NCBI RefSeq assembly: GCF_000011125.1
Contig: NC_000854.2
Span: 120,001-152,000, forward strand
DNA length: 32,000 nucleotides
Direction of reading: 5' to 3'
Origin: Aeropyrum pernix K1
GTDB lineage: Archaea; Thermoproteota; Thermoprotei_A; Sulfolobales; Acidilobaceae
Shown: piece by piece, positions 8,432 to 17,966 of the stretch
Position numbering within the stretch: position 1 is the stretch's first letter
Layout: each line of letters starts with the position of its first letter
The notes under the pieces: generated by a model
Database searches by the model: none
What the model was told of the DNA's origin: nothing
The model's input: only the letters and a program-made list of their open reading frames with translations
Made by a program: the position numbers and the translations under genes

Positions 8432-9679
8432 CTAAACCAGATTAAATATCCTCGCCGAGTCTACTAAGGCTTTAACCCCGGGGAGGGGCCGTCCCGACAG
8501 ATAATACAAGAGTGCCCCGCCCCCGGTGCTCAAGTGGCCCACCTTACTACTAAGATGTTCGGGGAGATCTCTAAGTATAGCCCTGAAATGCCCGCCCCCG
8601 AATACAGTGTAGGCGCCTGAAGACAGGGCGGCCTTGACCAGCTCGACAGTGCCCCTCCTGAACCTGGGGTCCTCTATAACCCCGGCAGGACCCCTCATCA
8701 CTATTACCCTGGCACCCCTCATCTTCGCTCTAAAATACTCTACCGTCGACGGCCCTATGTCCTTTGGCACACCCTCTGTCAGCTCGTCCGCAGGCTTTAT
8801 GTAGATCTTATCGCCAACCTCCACAACGAAGTCTATAGGGGTCCTAACCCTTCTCCCCTCCTCAACGATTCTCCTAGCCTTCGCTATAGCCTCCTCACCC
8901 CCCTTCTTTTCCAGGAGCTTTGTCACGTCTCTCGGAAGCCTGTAGCCACGGGCATAGAGGAAGAGGAGGCCAACGAGGCCCGTGGTCAGCACTTCGTCTG
9001 CAACTCCAGATGAGGATAGGTAGTCCACTATCCTGACGGCATCCTTCAGCTTCGCGCCCCCCAGCACGACGACCTTGGGTCTCTCACCCGAGGATACTGC
9101 TCGGTTTAGCGAGCGGATCTCCTTCTCCAAGACTCGCCCGCCCGCAGAGGGGAGGACGTAGGGAAAGCCGACAATGCTTGCCTGGCTCCTGTGAGAAGCG
9201 GAGAAAGCCTCGTTAACATACATGTTAGCTAGCTTGGAGAGCCTGGTGACCATAATACCTCTAGCATGGACAGTGCCCTCAGCCTCAATAAAGTCCTCGC
9301 TAATTATCCTAGTATTGTCAAGCAGCACTGCCTCTCCCGGTCTCAGCGATGCAACTGTCCTTAGAGCCTCAGGCCCAATTACATCCATCACAAATCTCAC
9401 TTCAACGCCCGAATATCTTGACAGTAATGATGCATGTCTCTCCAGGCTGACGAAATCGCTTTCAAGAGGCCTGCCCTGGTGGCTGAGAGCGACCACCGCT
9501 GCACCCCTATCGCAGAGTTCCCTTAGGGTTCCTGCAGCCTCAGCTATACGGGAGTCGTCCAGTATTTCGCCTCCATTACCTACAGGGCTATTAAGGTCGA
9601 AACGGACTATAACCTTCTTACCCCTAACATCAACGTCGTCCAGAGTAGCGAGCCTGCCCCCCATATACTCTAAAGGCAA
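8432..9679 (-). CDS. pgk: Phosphoglycerate kinase
   Basis: KKVIVRFDLNSPVGNGG-type motif (GKKVIVRFDLNSPV), ALSHQGRPLE, LLDNTR, NEAFSASHR, VVLGGAKLKDA, MRGPAGVIED, STGGGA. Track start is TTG; ATG at about 9664 (MGGRLATLDDV) is more plausible. Confidence 0.97.
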   Translation of the reverse strand: MPLEYMGGRLATLDDVDVRGKKVIVRFDLNSPVGNGGEILDDSRIAEAAGTLRELCDRGAAVVALSHQGRPLESDFVSLERHASLLSRYSGVEVRFVMDVIGPEALRTVASLRPGEAVLLDNTRIISEDFIEAEGTVHARGIMVTRLSKLANMYVNEAFSASHRSQASIVGFPYVLPSAGGRVLEKEIRSLNRAVSSGERPKVVVLGGAKLKDAVRIVDYLSSSGVADEVLTTGLVGLLFLYARGYRLPRDVTKLLEKKGGEEAIAKARRIVEEGRRVRTPIDFVVEVGDKIYIKPADELTEGVPKDIGPSTVEYFRAKMRGARVIVMRGPAGVIEDPRFRRGTVELVKAALSSGAYTVFGGGHFRAILRDLPEHLSSKVGHLSTGGGALLYYLSGRPLPGVKALVDSARIFNLV

Positions 9680-9983
9680 GGCCGCTCACCACCCCTAACC
9701 AACGCTGGTTCCAGTATTGTGAGGCGCCGCGACAAGCCGAGGCGACGCCGTAGTAGGCTATGTGAGGATTTTACCACCCGCGAGGCGCCTCCCAGTTTAA
9801 GCAAGGGTTCGCGGCTGAAGGGTTTTATCTTACCCGGGCAAGGGGTTATAGTGTTTAGGCGTAAGATGTAACGGGATTCAAGCCTCTTAAAAGCCGCTTA
9901 ACAGGCTCAGGCCGTCTCTCAGGTTCTAGACCGCCTACGGCTAAAGCCACAGCCTCCCATTAATATGCAATGGGTGGCACCCC

Positions 9984-10643
9984 TTGCCCGTCACGGTAGA
10001 GTGGTGCTATCACGCTTATATCCTCCTTAAAGCCGGTGATGTTTTGATGGCCATAGATCCTCATGACGGGGGCAGCCTCGGGCTTCCCACTTGTAGGGTT
10101 GATGCTGACTATATTCTGGTTACGCACGACCATTTCGACCACAACGCCGTAGAGGTGGCCAGGGGTAAAAGGACTAAGGAGGTCCTCAAGAGATTTTACG
10201 GTTCGAAGAACCTCGGGCCCTTCACCGTTACTGGTGTAAAAGTTTATCACGACAAGGCTGGCGGGACTTTGAGGGGAGAGGTGGCGGCCTACAGGGTCGA
10301 GGTTGAGGGCTTGTCCCTCGTACACCTGGGCGACATAGGCCACGTTATAACATCGAGCAGCCATCCGGAGCTGTCGAGACCTGACGTTCTATTCGTGCCT
10401 GTTGGAGGCACGTTTACCGTTAACGCCGCGGAAGCCTGGAAAATAGTGGAGAACCTCAGGCCCAGGATAGCCGTGCCCATCCACTATTGGATGCCGGGAA
10501 GCCACCTACCAATAGACCCCCTGGACAGGTTCCTGCAGGTAGCCAGGGCGGGGAGGCAGCCCATTGAGGGTAGGGTTCTAGAGCTCTCACCCGAGAAGCT
10601 GCCGGAGAAGACTACGATATACTATTTCAAGGTTCAATCCTAG
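9984..10643 (+). CDS. Metallo-beta-lactamase-fold hydrolase (UPF0173-like metal-dependent hydrolase)
   Basis: VLMAIDPHDGG...YILVTHDHFDHNAVE (HxHxDH motif), HLGDIGH, PVGGTFTVNAAEA, IPIHYW. Confidence 0.88.
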   Translation: MPVTVEWCYHAYILLKAGDVLMAIDPHDGGSLGLPTCRVDADYILVTHDHFDHNAVEVARGKRTKEVLKRFYGSKNLGPFTVTGVKVYHDKAGGTLRGEVAAYRVEVEGLSLVHLGDIGHVITSSSHPELSRPDVLFVPVGGTFTVNAAEAWKIVENLRPRIAVPIHYWMPGSHLPIDPLDRFLQVARAGRQPIEGRVLELSPEKLPEKTTIYYFKVQS

Positions 10644-11800
10644 ACGGGCTTCCTCAGCATGTTGACATTCACCGGAGAGCCCTTGCTGTAGACACCGGGG
10701 GTGAGGATAGCGTAGGCGTCAGCCTTAGCCAGCTCCCTGCATAGGGCAATACCCCACTCGAGAGGCTGAAGCCCCCCATCCACTATTTTGAAGAGGACGG
10801 CCGAAGGCATTCTTCTACCTAGCCTGTAGTCCCGGACTAAAGGCAAGGTCAGGCTCCTCAGCAGAGGCTTGCCGGTAAGAGCTTTGAGGGCCCTGAAAAG
10901 GGTTTCATGTAGCGATATAGCTGCGCTCACGCAGCCGCCTGGAAGCATAGTCACTATCCTGTTCCTCACCACGGCTAGTCCTCCTCGCTTCACAACGCTG
11001 GCGCCAAAGCCCGGCACCACTAGCTGGCCCATGCTCGCCACGAGAGCCTTCAGAGAGTCTCTCCTGCCAACACTGCTTCCTCCGATGGTTACGAGAATGT
11101 CGGCTTCGTCCAGAGCCCGGTTTATAGCCTCTTCAAGCTCCTCCCGCCCGTCGGGAACAGGGGGTACGAGCCTCGGCTCCGACCAGCCCCTAAGGAGGCC
11201 GGTCACCATAGGGCCAATATAGTCTAGACTTCCATCACCAGTCATCGTCTCCGGATGCAGGAGCTCGGAGCCTACGGGCATCACAATGCTTTTTATCCTG
11301 TACACCTTCACACTTTTAACACCCGCCTGCATTATGAGGGCCGCTAGGTAGGGCGATATCACATCTCCGCGTGACGCGAGGCGGGAGCCTCTGGCTACGA
11401 ACTCTCCGGGCCTGAAGACGTTTTCCCACTTAGAGACCCCCGCCGAAACGTATATATAGCCGTCTTCAACGCGGGCGGCCTCCCTCCTGACCACCGCATC
11501 AGCACCCGGTGGTAGGGGGTCTCCGGTATCCACTGGCACAGCTTCACCAGAAGCTACTGGACCCCGATCTTTGAGGCGCAGCCTCGCACCCGGCTTGGCG
11601 CTGGTGGAGTCTACAGCGTATCCATCCATAGCTGCGAGGGGTTCTTCAGGGGTGTCATTAGGGCTCTCGAGGTCCTCAGCCAGGATCCTGCCCACAGACT
11701 GGCTGGAGGGGATTATCTCAGTGTGTAGGCGGTAATCCAGCTTCAGAAACTCTATCCTCTTCCTCGCCTCCTCCACACCAAGTAACGCGTTAGGGTTCAC
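10640..11800 (-). CDS. moeA: Molybdopterin molybdenumtransferase (MoeA family)
   Basis: AAMDGYAVDS, VDTGDPLPPGADAVVRRE, FRPGEFVARGSRLASRGDVISPYLAALIMQAG, TIGGSSVGRRD, MLPGGCVSAAI. Confidence 0.92.
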   Translation of the reverse strand: MNPNALLGVEEARKRIEFLKLDYRLHTEIIPSSQSVGRILAEDLESPNDTPEEPLAAMDGYAVDSTSAKPGARLRLKDRGPVASGEAVPVDTGDPLPPGADAVVRREAARVEDGYIYVSAGVSKWENVFRPGEFVARGSRLASRGDVISPYLAALIMQAGVKSVKVYRIKSIVMPVGSELLHPETMTGDGSLDYIGPMVTGLLRGWSEPRLVPPVPDGREELEEAINRALDEADILVTIGGSSVGRRDSLKALVASMGQLVVPGFGASVVKRGGLAVVRNRIVTMLPGGCVSAAISLHETLFRALKALTGKPLLRSLTLPLVRDYRLGRRMPSAVLFKIVDGGLQPLEWGIALCRELAKADAYAILTPGVYSKGSPVNVNMLRKPV

Positions 11801-12218
11801 TTCCCACGCCCTCCTTTAAACATTCCTCCACAAACTCGATAATAGATTCCTCAATACGGCCGGGCCTCTTGGTTGACAAGTCTATTTTCAGGCCGCCTAG
11901 TCTCAGATTCTTGAACCCCTCGACGACTATAATATCTACTTTTCGAGCGAGATCTTCCAGAACAGCATGGAGGCCAGTGTCCCTGGTGAACACGGCCACC
12001 CTCTCACCGCGGCCTTTGACCACTGCAGCATAGCTGGCGCCAGCCTCCTCAAGGAACCTCCACGAGTCTTTACCGGGAGTGTCAATATCGTGGTGTGTAT
12101 GCTTGACAACAGCAACTTTAATTCCCCTTCCGCTTAACTGCCTCACTACACTTACTATCAGGCTAGTCTTTCCAGAGCCACTGGGTCCAACAATCTGGAC
12201 TATACACGGCACTTCCAC
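11790..12218 (-). CDS. mobB: Molybdopterin-guanine dinucleotide biosynthesis protein MobB
   Basis: P-loop VGPSGSGKTSLIVSVVRQL, VAVVKHTHHDIDTPGKDSWRFLEEAGA, IIVVEGFKNL. Confidence 0.93.
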   Translation of the reverse strand: MEVPCIVQIVGPSGSGKTSLIVSVVRQLSGRGIKVAVVKHTHHDIDTPGKDSWRFLEEAGASYAAVVKGRGERVAVFTRDTGLHAVLEDLARKVDIIVVEGFKNLRLGGLKIDLSTKRPGRIEESIIEFVEECLKEGVGSEP

Positions 12219-12239
12219 CCCAACACCCCCTCCGGCACC

Positions 12240-13085
12240 TTAGCCCAAGCCTCCAGCCATAGACTCCTGCTGTATGAGGCTAGTGGAGACGTTGAGCGCG
12301 GCAGCATCCTTAAGCACGTGGGAAGCAAGTCTGAGCAGCCCAAGTCGGCGATATAGCTTGTACTCGGCTTCCAATGCCAACGCCGAATAGTAGCTGTTCA
12401 TTGTAGAAGATATTTTGTAGAGTATGGAGTGGCCCTCAAGGAGTATGTATCCCTCCGCCGGAGCGGGGACTCTAGAAGGCCTCCAGAGGTCCTGGGGGGT
12501 GTTAACAGTTGCCAGTGCAAGTGGACTGCGTGTTTCAGAGGAGCCTAGGAGGATTAGGGGGTCCAGGCTCCTTAGTATAGCAGACGCCCTCTTCTCGGCC
12601 CTACCCCAACAGGCTGTCCAGGCGGCGGTAAGCAAGCTTTTCCTGCGGGCTGCGAGGAAGAGTGGATGCACAATACCCTCGCCCGAGAAGTATGATGCCC
12701 CCGAACCTATGGCTTTGGAGGCGTTGTATATCGGCTCTAGATCCCTCCAAGAGGCCCATGGGGCGTCAACAGGCATGAAGACTAGATTACTGTAGCTAAC
12801 CAACGTTGAAGCAGCTGTGAGGAACGCTCTTAGAGGCCCCTCGCAGGGGGCCTGCTCAACTAGGTCCACTATGACTCTTCTACTCCCAACAAGCCTAGCC
12901 ACAGGCCGCTCAAGCGCCGGGGAAACAGAGACATAGACGTCTGCAGGCCCGCTGGAGAGGGCCTCCACCGCCCTTTCAACAAGGCTAATACCATCCATCA
13001 TGGCGAGAGCCTTCGGCCTCCCGAAACGCCTCCCAACCCCCCCTGCTAAGACCACTGCAGCAACGTCTGCGGGGATAGGATTCAC
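12240..13085 (-). CDS. mobA: MobA-like nucleotidyltransferase with C-terminal extension
   Basis: AAVVLAGGVGRRFGRPKALAMMDGISLVERAV...VFMPVDAPWA...NTPQDL; about 70 residues follow the conserved region. Confidence 0.85.
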   Translation of the reverse strand: MNPIPADVAAVVLAGGVGRRFGRPKALAMMDGISLVERAVEALSSGPADVYVSVSPALERPVARLVGSRRVIVDLVEQAPCEGPLRAFLTAASTLVSYSNLVFMPVDAPWASWRDLEPIYNASKAIGSGASYFSGEGIVHPLFLAARRKSLLTAAWTACWGRAEKRASAILRSLDPLILLGSSETRSPLALATVNTPQDLWRPSRVPAPAEGYILLEGHSILYKISSTMNSYYSALALEAEYKLYRRLGLLRLASHVLKDAAALNVSTSLIQQESMAGGLG

Positions 13086-13177
13086 CCCCTAGTCTCCGGA
13101 CAGCTACTGAAGGGTAATAATGTGCTTAAGCTATAAAGGCTTCACGAGGCCTAGCTAACCCTGGTGGGTGTTGGGAA

Positions 13178-13381
13178 GTGCCGGTTGAGTTGAAGAGTTT
13201 CGACGAGTTCGTGAAAGTCGTTGAGAGGGCTGTCGAGTGCCGCGTCAAGAGAGGGAAGGATGTGGTAAAGATCAAAGCGAGGACAAAGAGGTATCTCTAC
13301 ACTCTAAAGGTTCCCCCGGAGAAGGAGGCCGAGGTCCTGGAGCAGGTTAAGGCGAAGTGCAAGAACCTCGTGGAACTCTAG
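13178..13381 (+). CDS. rpl38e: Ribosomal protein L38e
   Basis: 67 aa MPVELKSFDEFVKVVERAVECRVKRGKDVVKIKARTKRYLYTLKVPPEKEAEVLEQVKAKCKNLVEL; recognisable L38e. Confidence 0.9.
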   Translation: MPVELKSFDEFVKVVERAVECRVKRGKDVVKIKARTKRYLYTLKVPPEKEAEVLEQVKAKCKNLVEL

Positions 13382-13390
13382 CCTCCGAGG

Positions 13391-14653
13391 CTAGACCTCG
13401 AGAACGTCCATGTTGCCGGGGGTCTCCACCTCTCTAATACCCAACTCCTCCCTAATCCTCGTCTTCAGGGCCTCCTGAGCCTTGGGGTCTCCGTGGACGA
13501 GCACAACCTTCTCAACCCCATTTACACTCCTGAGGAGTTTTATAATGCCGCTCTGATCTATATGGCTGGAGAAGTCGAACCACTCAACCCTAGCCAGCAC
13601 CGGTATCCTCTCCTCGCCGAAAACACCCTCCTCGAGTATCATCCTGCCCGGTGTTCCGGGTGCCTGGTAGCTCACCATGAAAATTCCGTTCTTCTTGTTA
13701 GTAGCCATTTTCCTGGCATAGTAGAGGCTGGGCCCGCCCTTTAGCATGCCAGCGCTGGCTATTATGACTCCCGGCTTTTTGAACGCCCTCCTCCTGTCTT
13801 GCCAGCCAGACACAATGCGGAACTCGCTCATAACCTTCATCAAAAGCCCCGGGTTTAATATGAAACGCGGGTTGGCGGCGTATATCTCGGCCACCTGCCT
13901 AATCATCCCGTCGAGCCAAACAGGATACTCAAACCCCCTCTCGGCCAGTATCATGGCTATCTCCTGGCCGCGGGAAACACTGAACGCGGGTACAAGCACC
14001 GTTCCCCCCTGGGAGACCACATCCATGACTGCGTTGTAGAACCTCTCCTCCGAGACACTCCTGGGGGGGTGATCGCTGTCTCCGTATGTAGACTCGACTA
14101 TGACTACGTCGGCCTTAGCGCCCTCTAGCCTGGCCGGCCCCACAAGCTTGGTCTCGATCACGTTGACATCGCTCGTGTAAAGGATCCTCCTGCCGTCAAC
14201 CTCCACGAGGACGGCTGTACTTCCCGGTATGTGCCCCGAGTAGAACGTCTTGAAGGCGAACCGGCCAGCCTCGTACTCTCGTCCATAGTCTATATACTCG
14301 GCCGTTCCCAGCATGTCCTCGACACTTCTCTCATCGTAAGGTAGATAGGCCCCGTTGAGCTTTATCATGTCGTACAGCAGGAGACGGGAAACGTGAAGGG
14401 TAACCCTAGTCCCAAATACCTTCGGCCCCTGCGATACATAGAGGTAAGGGGCAGCGCCGATGTGGTCCAAATGGCTATGAGTCAGCACAAGCCCATCCAG
14501 ATCCCTAGGCCTCACGTCACCCGGGAACACAGGCCTATCGTTCTCGTCGAAGTTCACACCATAGTCTAAGAGGAGGCCCCTGCCTCCGCTCTCCACCAGT
14601 ATAGCAGCCCTGCCAACCTCCCTACCGCTACCTAAAATCCTAATCCTCGCCAT
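13391..14653 (-). CDS. Beta-CASP metallo-beta-lactamase ribonuclease (archaeal CPSF2-like)
   Basis: VLTHSHLDHIGAAPYL, FYSGHIPGSTAVLVE, LYTSDVN, ESTYGD, VLVPAFSVSRGQE, IIASAGMLKGGPS, SSHID, LVHGD: MBL plus beta-CASP motifs, no N-terminal KH region. Confidence 0.92.
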   Translation of the reverse strand: MARIRILGSGREVGRAAILVESGGRGLLLDYGVNFDENDRPVFPGDVRPRDLDGLVLTHSHLDHIGAAPYLYVSQGPKVFGTRVTLHVSRLLLYDMIKLNGAYLPYDERSVEDMLGTAEYIDYGREYEAGRFAFKTFYSGHIPGSTAVLVEVDGRRILYTSDVNVIETKLVGPARLEGAKADVVIVESTYGDSDHPPRSVSEERFYNAVMDVVSQGGTVLVPAFSVSRGQEIAMILAERGFEYPVWLDGMIRQVAEIYAANPRFILNPGLLMKVMSEFRIVSGWQDRRRAFKKPGVIIASAGMLKGGPSLYYARKMATNKKNGIFMVSYQAPGTPGRMILEEGVFGEERIPVLARVEWFDFSSHIDQSGIIKLLRSVNGVEKVVLVHGDPKAQEALKTRIREELGIREVETPGNMDVLEV

Positions 14654-14820
14654 CTCACCATCTCCACCATAGACACCGCGTAGGCAGCGTCATCTTCAGG
14701 GCAAAGCTCCTGCCAAGCCGCTATCTAAACATTTTGTCTCGTAACGCTTAAATAGCGATTCCCCGGCTTCGCTAGCCAGAGAACCTAATGATAATTATGC
14801 CCAGATAACTCATTAAGGTT

Positions 14821-15162
14821 GTGTGGTGCCAAGCGGTGCCTGTGAATGTAGATAGGCTGAAGGACGCAGTTGAGGTGCTTGGAAACAGGGTAAGGATTAG
14901 GGTTTACGTTAAGCCGGAGGGTAGGGAGAGGAGGCTGAGGCTGGAGGAGGGGGAGCTGGTGTTCTATACAGACGAGCCCCCGCTTGAGGGGAGGGCTAAC
15001 GCTAGTCTCATCAACTTCCTGGCGAGGGGGCTGAAGGTTAGTGTAAAGAACATTGAGATAGTCCACGGTGCTAGGAGTAGGAGTAAGGTTGTAGAGATTA
15101 GGGACGTCGCCGATCCAGATGCTTTGTTGGAGAGGCTTGCATCCATTGTTGATGAGGGTTAG
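14821..15162 (+). CDS. DUF167 / YggU family protein
   Basis: VRIRVYVKPEGRERRLRLEEGELVFYTDEPPLEGRANASLINFLARGLKVSVKNIEIVHGARSRSKVVEI. Confidence 0.88.
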   Translation: MWCQAVPVNVDRLKDAVEVLGNRVRIRVYVKPEGRERRLRLEEGELVFYTDEPPLEGRANASLINFLARGLKVSVKNIEIVHGARSRSKVVEIRDVADPDALLERLASIVDEG

Positions 15163-15192
15163 GAAGCTATAGCCACGTACTAGAGGCGGGGT

Positions 15193-16005
15193 GTGAAGGG
15201 GCTTTTGACGCTGGCGCCGCTAGATCTTTCACTAGCCGATATGGCTTTGAGGATCTTGATGGGGGTGGCTGCCGCCGCCCTAGCCTCTCTTAGCGGGGTG
15301 GGTGGAGGGGTCTTCTTCGTCCCCATATTCCTCTTCATAGTGGGCCTCCCCCCGAACATAGCTGTGGGTAGCAGTAAGGTGGTTGTGGCCATAGTCTCCA
15401 TAGTTAGCGGTCTAACGTATCTCAGGCAGGGAACTACGAGGCTCTCGAGGGCAGCGCCCCTAATGGTCTCGATGATACCTGGAGCCGCCCTCGGCGCCTA
15501 TCTCGTAGCCTATATTGATCCCAGGCTGCTCGAGGTTATACTAGGCCTTTTCATCACATACTACAGCCTTAGACTGCTGTTAGTAACAGCTAGAAAGGCG
15601 TTGGCGAGAGAGGCTAAGCCGGTGGAAGAGGAGGGATCGCGGGGTCCGAGACCGGGGGGCCGCTATCTAATGCTTGCCACCGGCGTTGCGGCGGGGCTGT
15701 TCGCGGGCCTCACAGGAACAGGAGGCGGTGCCATACTAGTTCCCATGCTTACACTACTAAGGATAGCAAAGTTGAAGGAGGCTGTAGCCATAAGCATGCT
15801 TAGCATAAGCCTGGGTGCGGTGGTATCCGCCGCGATACACGTGTGGACGGGAGTGGTAGACTTTGGGGGTGCAGCCCCATTCGCCTTGGGAGCCCTGATC
15901 GGGAGTATCCTAGGGCCCATGGCTGCGAGCAGGCTAAGCACGGATGCGCTTCGCCCTATTGTGGCGCTCGTGCTTCTTCTAGTAGCTCTCCGGCTACTCT
16001 TCTAG
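15193..16005 (+). CDS. TauE/SafE family membrane permease
   Basis: SGVGGGVFFVPIFLFIVGLPPNIAVGSSKVVVAIVS and GLTGTGGGAILVPMLTLL duplicated motifs, 8 or so TM segments. Confidence 0.88.
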   Translation: MKGLLTLAPLDLSLADMALRILMGVAAAALASLSGVGGGVFFVPIFLFIVGLPPNIAVGSSKVVVAIVSIVSGLTYLRQGTTRLSRAAPLMVSMIPGAALGAYLVAYIDPRLLEVILGLFITYYSLRLLLVTARKALAREAKPVEEEGSRGPRPGGRYLMLATGVAAGLFAGLTGTGGGAILVPMLTLLRIAKLKEAVAISMLSISLGAVVSAAIHVWTGVVDFGGAAPFALGALIGSILGPMAASRLSTDALRPIVALVLLLVALRLLF

Positions 16006-17212
16006 ACCCCCATGCCCGCCCCTCCTCCAGGAACCTTCTCCTCATGTAGAGGTGGGCGAGGGCTAGCGTGTATATGGCCGCGGTCAGCCTGAGAGGGAGC
16101 TCCAGGTTTATATCGAGGAGGGCGCCCCCTATCGCCCTCCCCGCCGTAGCTGGAAGTGTGAAGCTCAGACTTAGTATCGAGCTCGCCGAGCCCCTCCTCT
16201 CCCTGGGCACAACTCTCATGGTAAGTGCCTCTAGCAGAGGGTTCGCAGCGTTCATTAGAACAGTCCTCACTACATATATAGCCGCGGCGACCACGTAGCT
16301 GTCAACTAGCGTCATCGCCACAAGCAGGGGCACGCTGAGGCTTGTGAGGGCTATGTAGACCTTGAGGGTACTTCCCACCCTCTCAGCTATCCTTGATGCC
16401 CCAACGGCTACCAGAGCCATCGAAACCTGCTCCAGGGCGTTGACAACGCCTATCTCAGCGCTTGTGACACCATATTTGGCGGCGAAATAGTAGGCTATGT
16501 TGTGTATCGACATCGACGCGCCGAGGCCTATAACCATGTTGAAGAGTATGAGAAGCCTGAACCGCCTGTCTGAGACCGCCTCTCTGAACCCCCTGAGGAG
16601 TTCGCCCGGGCCGATGCTGGCCCGTCCCTCGGCCGATACCTCTTCTCTTACGGCGAGAGCGATGCCCGCTTGTAGGAGGCTTAGGGGGGCTACAAGCAGT
16701 ATTGTGGCCCTGTAGGCTTCAAGCAGCGTTAGGCTGGTTATAGAGGATAGGAGGGGTGGGATGACGCCCATTAGGCTTCCTAGAGCGCCGCCTACCATGT
16801 TGCTTGCCATGAAGAATGTGAAGCTCCTATGCAGCATCTCGTCCCTGCCTGAGCGTGCTACAAGGGCTGTAGTGGCGCTCCAGGATATCCCCATGGAGAC
16901 GCCGCTCAGCGTGAAGCCAGCCGCCATGAACACGGTGCTGGGCACGGCTAGGAGGGTGAATGATGCGGCTTTGACAATGTAGCCTGCAGCCACGACCCGC
17001 CGGGCACCTAAAGCGTCGCTTAGAGGGCCTGAGAGTAGAGTGAATATTATGCTGGTCACTGTGGCTGTCGAGGTTAGCAGGCCCCACTCTGTGCCTGAGA
17101 AGCCGGCGGAGTACATGTAGGGGGCTAGCACTGTGACTATCACTCCGAAGGATAGGCCGTTGAGCGCTGCTAGAACCAGCAGTGGCGCCTGCACCCCTCC
17201 TATGGATTTCAA
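15956..17212 (-). CDS. Major facilitator superfamily transporter
   Basis: GPLSDALGARRVVAAGYIVKAAS loop motif, repeated hydrophobic segments, 418 aa. Confidence 0.85.
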   Translation of the reverse strand: MKSIGGVQAPLLVLAALNGLSFGVIVTVLAPYMYSAGFSGTEWGLLTSTATVTSIIFTLLSGPLSDALGARRVVAAGYIVKAASFTLLAVPSTVFMAAGFTLSGVSMGISWSATTALVARSGRDEMLHRSFTFFMASNMVGGALGSLMGVIPPLLSSITSLTLLEAYRATILLVAPLSLLQAGIALAVREEVSAEGRASIGPGELLRGFREAVSDRRFRLLILFNMVIGLGASMSIHNIAYYFAAKYGVTSAEIGVVNALEQVSMALVAVGASRIAERVGSTLKVYIALTSLSVPLLVAMTLVDSYVVAAAIYVVRTVLMNAANPLLEALTMRVVPRERRGSASSILSLSFTLPATAGRAIGGALLDINLELPLRLTAAIYTLALAHLYMRRRFLEEGRAWGSRRVAGELLEEARAPQ

Positions 17213-17398
17213 GCCTTCTGGCCACCTCTCAACAGCACTTGTGAATATTCTACGTTGAAGGTATATATCGGTAGACTATATAAGCGGGTTTACGGTGGGA
17301 GAAAGCGTTTAACCCCCAGGCGCCTCATAGCGGTAGAGCGGGGATACCACTTTATCAGGTATAACCATAATAGGGTGGTATGTGGGGACTAGAGGGTT

Positions 17399-17965
17399 AT
17401 GACTAGGTATCTGGATATCTCGCTCGGTATAGTTAGGGACTATTATGAGGCTGCGCCCGTCAAAGTGGTCTTCGTGAAAGACCACCCACGCCTGCCCACC
17501 CCAGGCGGCATTATAAACGCTAGGCGAGGCGACGAGGTGGAGCTGCCCAGGTGGCAGGCTCGGATGCTTAGGGAGAAGGGTTATGTTGAGTATAAGGAGA
17601 AGATTGTCGACATCGACTACGTCAACCTCGTCCACTACCACGAAGTCAAGAAGAGTGCAGCCAACAGCCTCCTGGGGGTTCCAAGCGACTTCTACCTAAG
17701 GGTCAAGGAGCTTGTGGAGGACCTGGATAGAAGGATAAGGGAGAACCCAGGCTACATGCTCTTCCAAGACAGGGAGAACGTTGAGAGGGCTATCATGCAG
17801 ATATCGGAGAGGAGGCTTGTGAAGATGATGAGACTCGTCCTAAGCGGCGGCGGGGAGGAGGTTAGAGAGAGGCTTACCGTTGAGGAGAACCTAGTCTACA
17901 GTATGGCAGAGGAGGTTGTGAAGGGTTGGAAGGAGTATGTTAAGAGCCTGGTAGGCCGGAGGTGA
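17399..17965 (+). CDS. gins23: DNA replication GINS complex subunit (GINS23 type)
   Basis: N-terminal B-like domain (VKVVFVKDHPRLPTPGGIINARRGDEVELPRWQARMLREKGYVE) then helical A-like domain; immediately upstream of mcm as in other crenarchaea. Confidence 0.82.
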   Translation: MTRYLDISLGIVRDYYEAAPVKVVFVKDHPRLPTPGGIINARRGDEVELPRWQARMLREKGYVEYKEKIVDIDYVNLVHYHEVKKSAANSLLGVPSDFYLRVKELVEDLDRRIRENPGYMLFQDRENVERAIMQISERRLVKMMRLVLSGGGEEVRERLTVEENLVYSMAEEVVKGWKEYVKSLVGRR

Positions 17966-17966
17966 T

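Noticed and set aside
9827-9867. ATCTTAC-N27-GTAAGAT dyad between pgk and the MBL hydrolase
   Set aside because: A 7-bp dyad with this spacing is expected by chance in a ~300-bp region; no supporting context.
13493-14039. Plus-strand ORFs inside the beta-CASP RNase gene
   Set aside because: Antisense to a protein with all catalytic motifs present; no independent support.
17329-17340. AGCGGTAGAGCG, identical to the D-arm segment of the tRNA-Thr gene, suggesting a tRNA fragment or split tRNA half
   Set aside because: No matching acceptor, anticodon or T arm nearby and the preceding bases do not form the D stem properly; a 12-nt match to a common tRNA motif is weak evidence.
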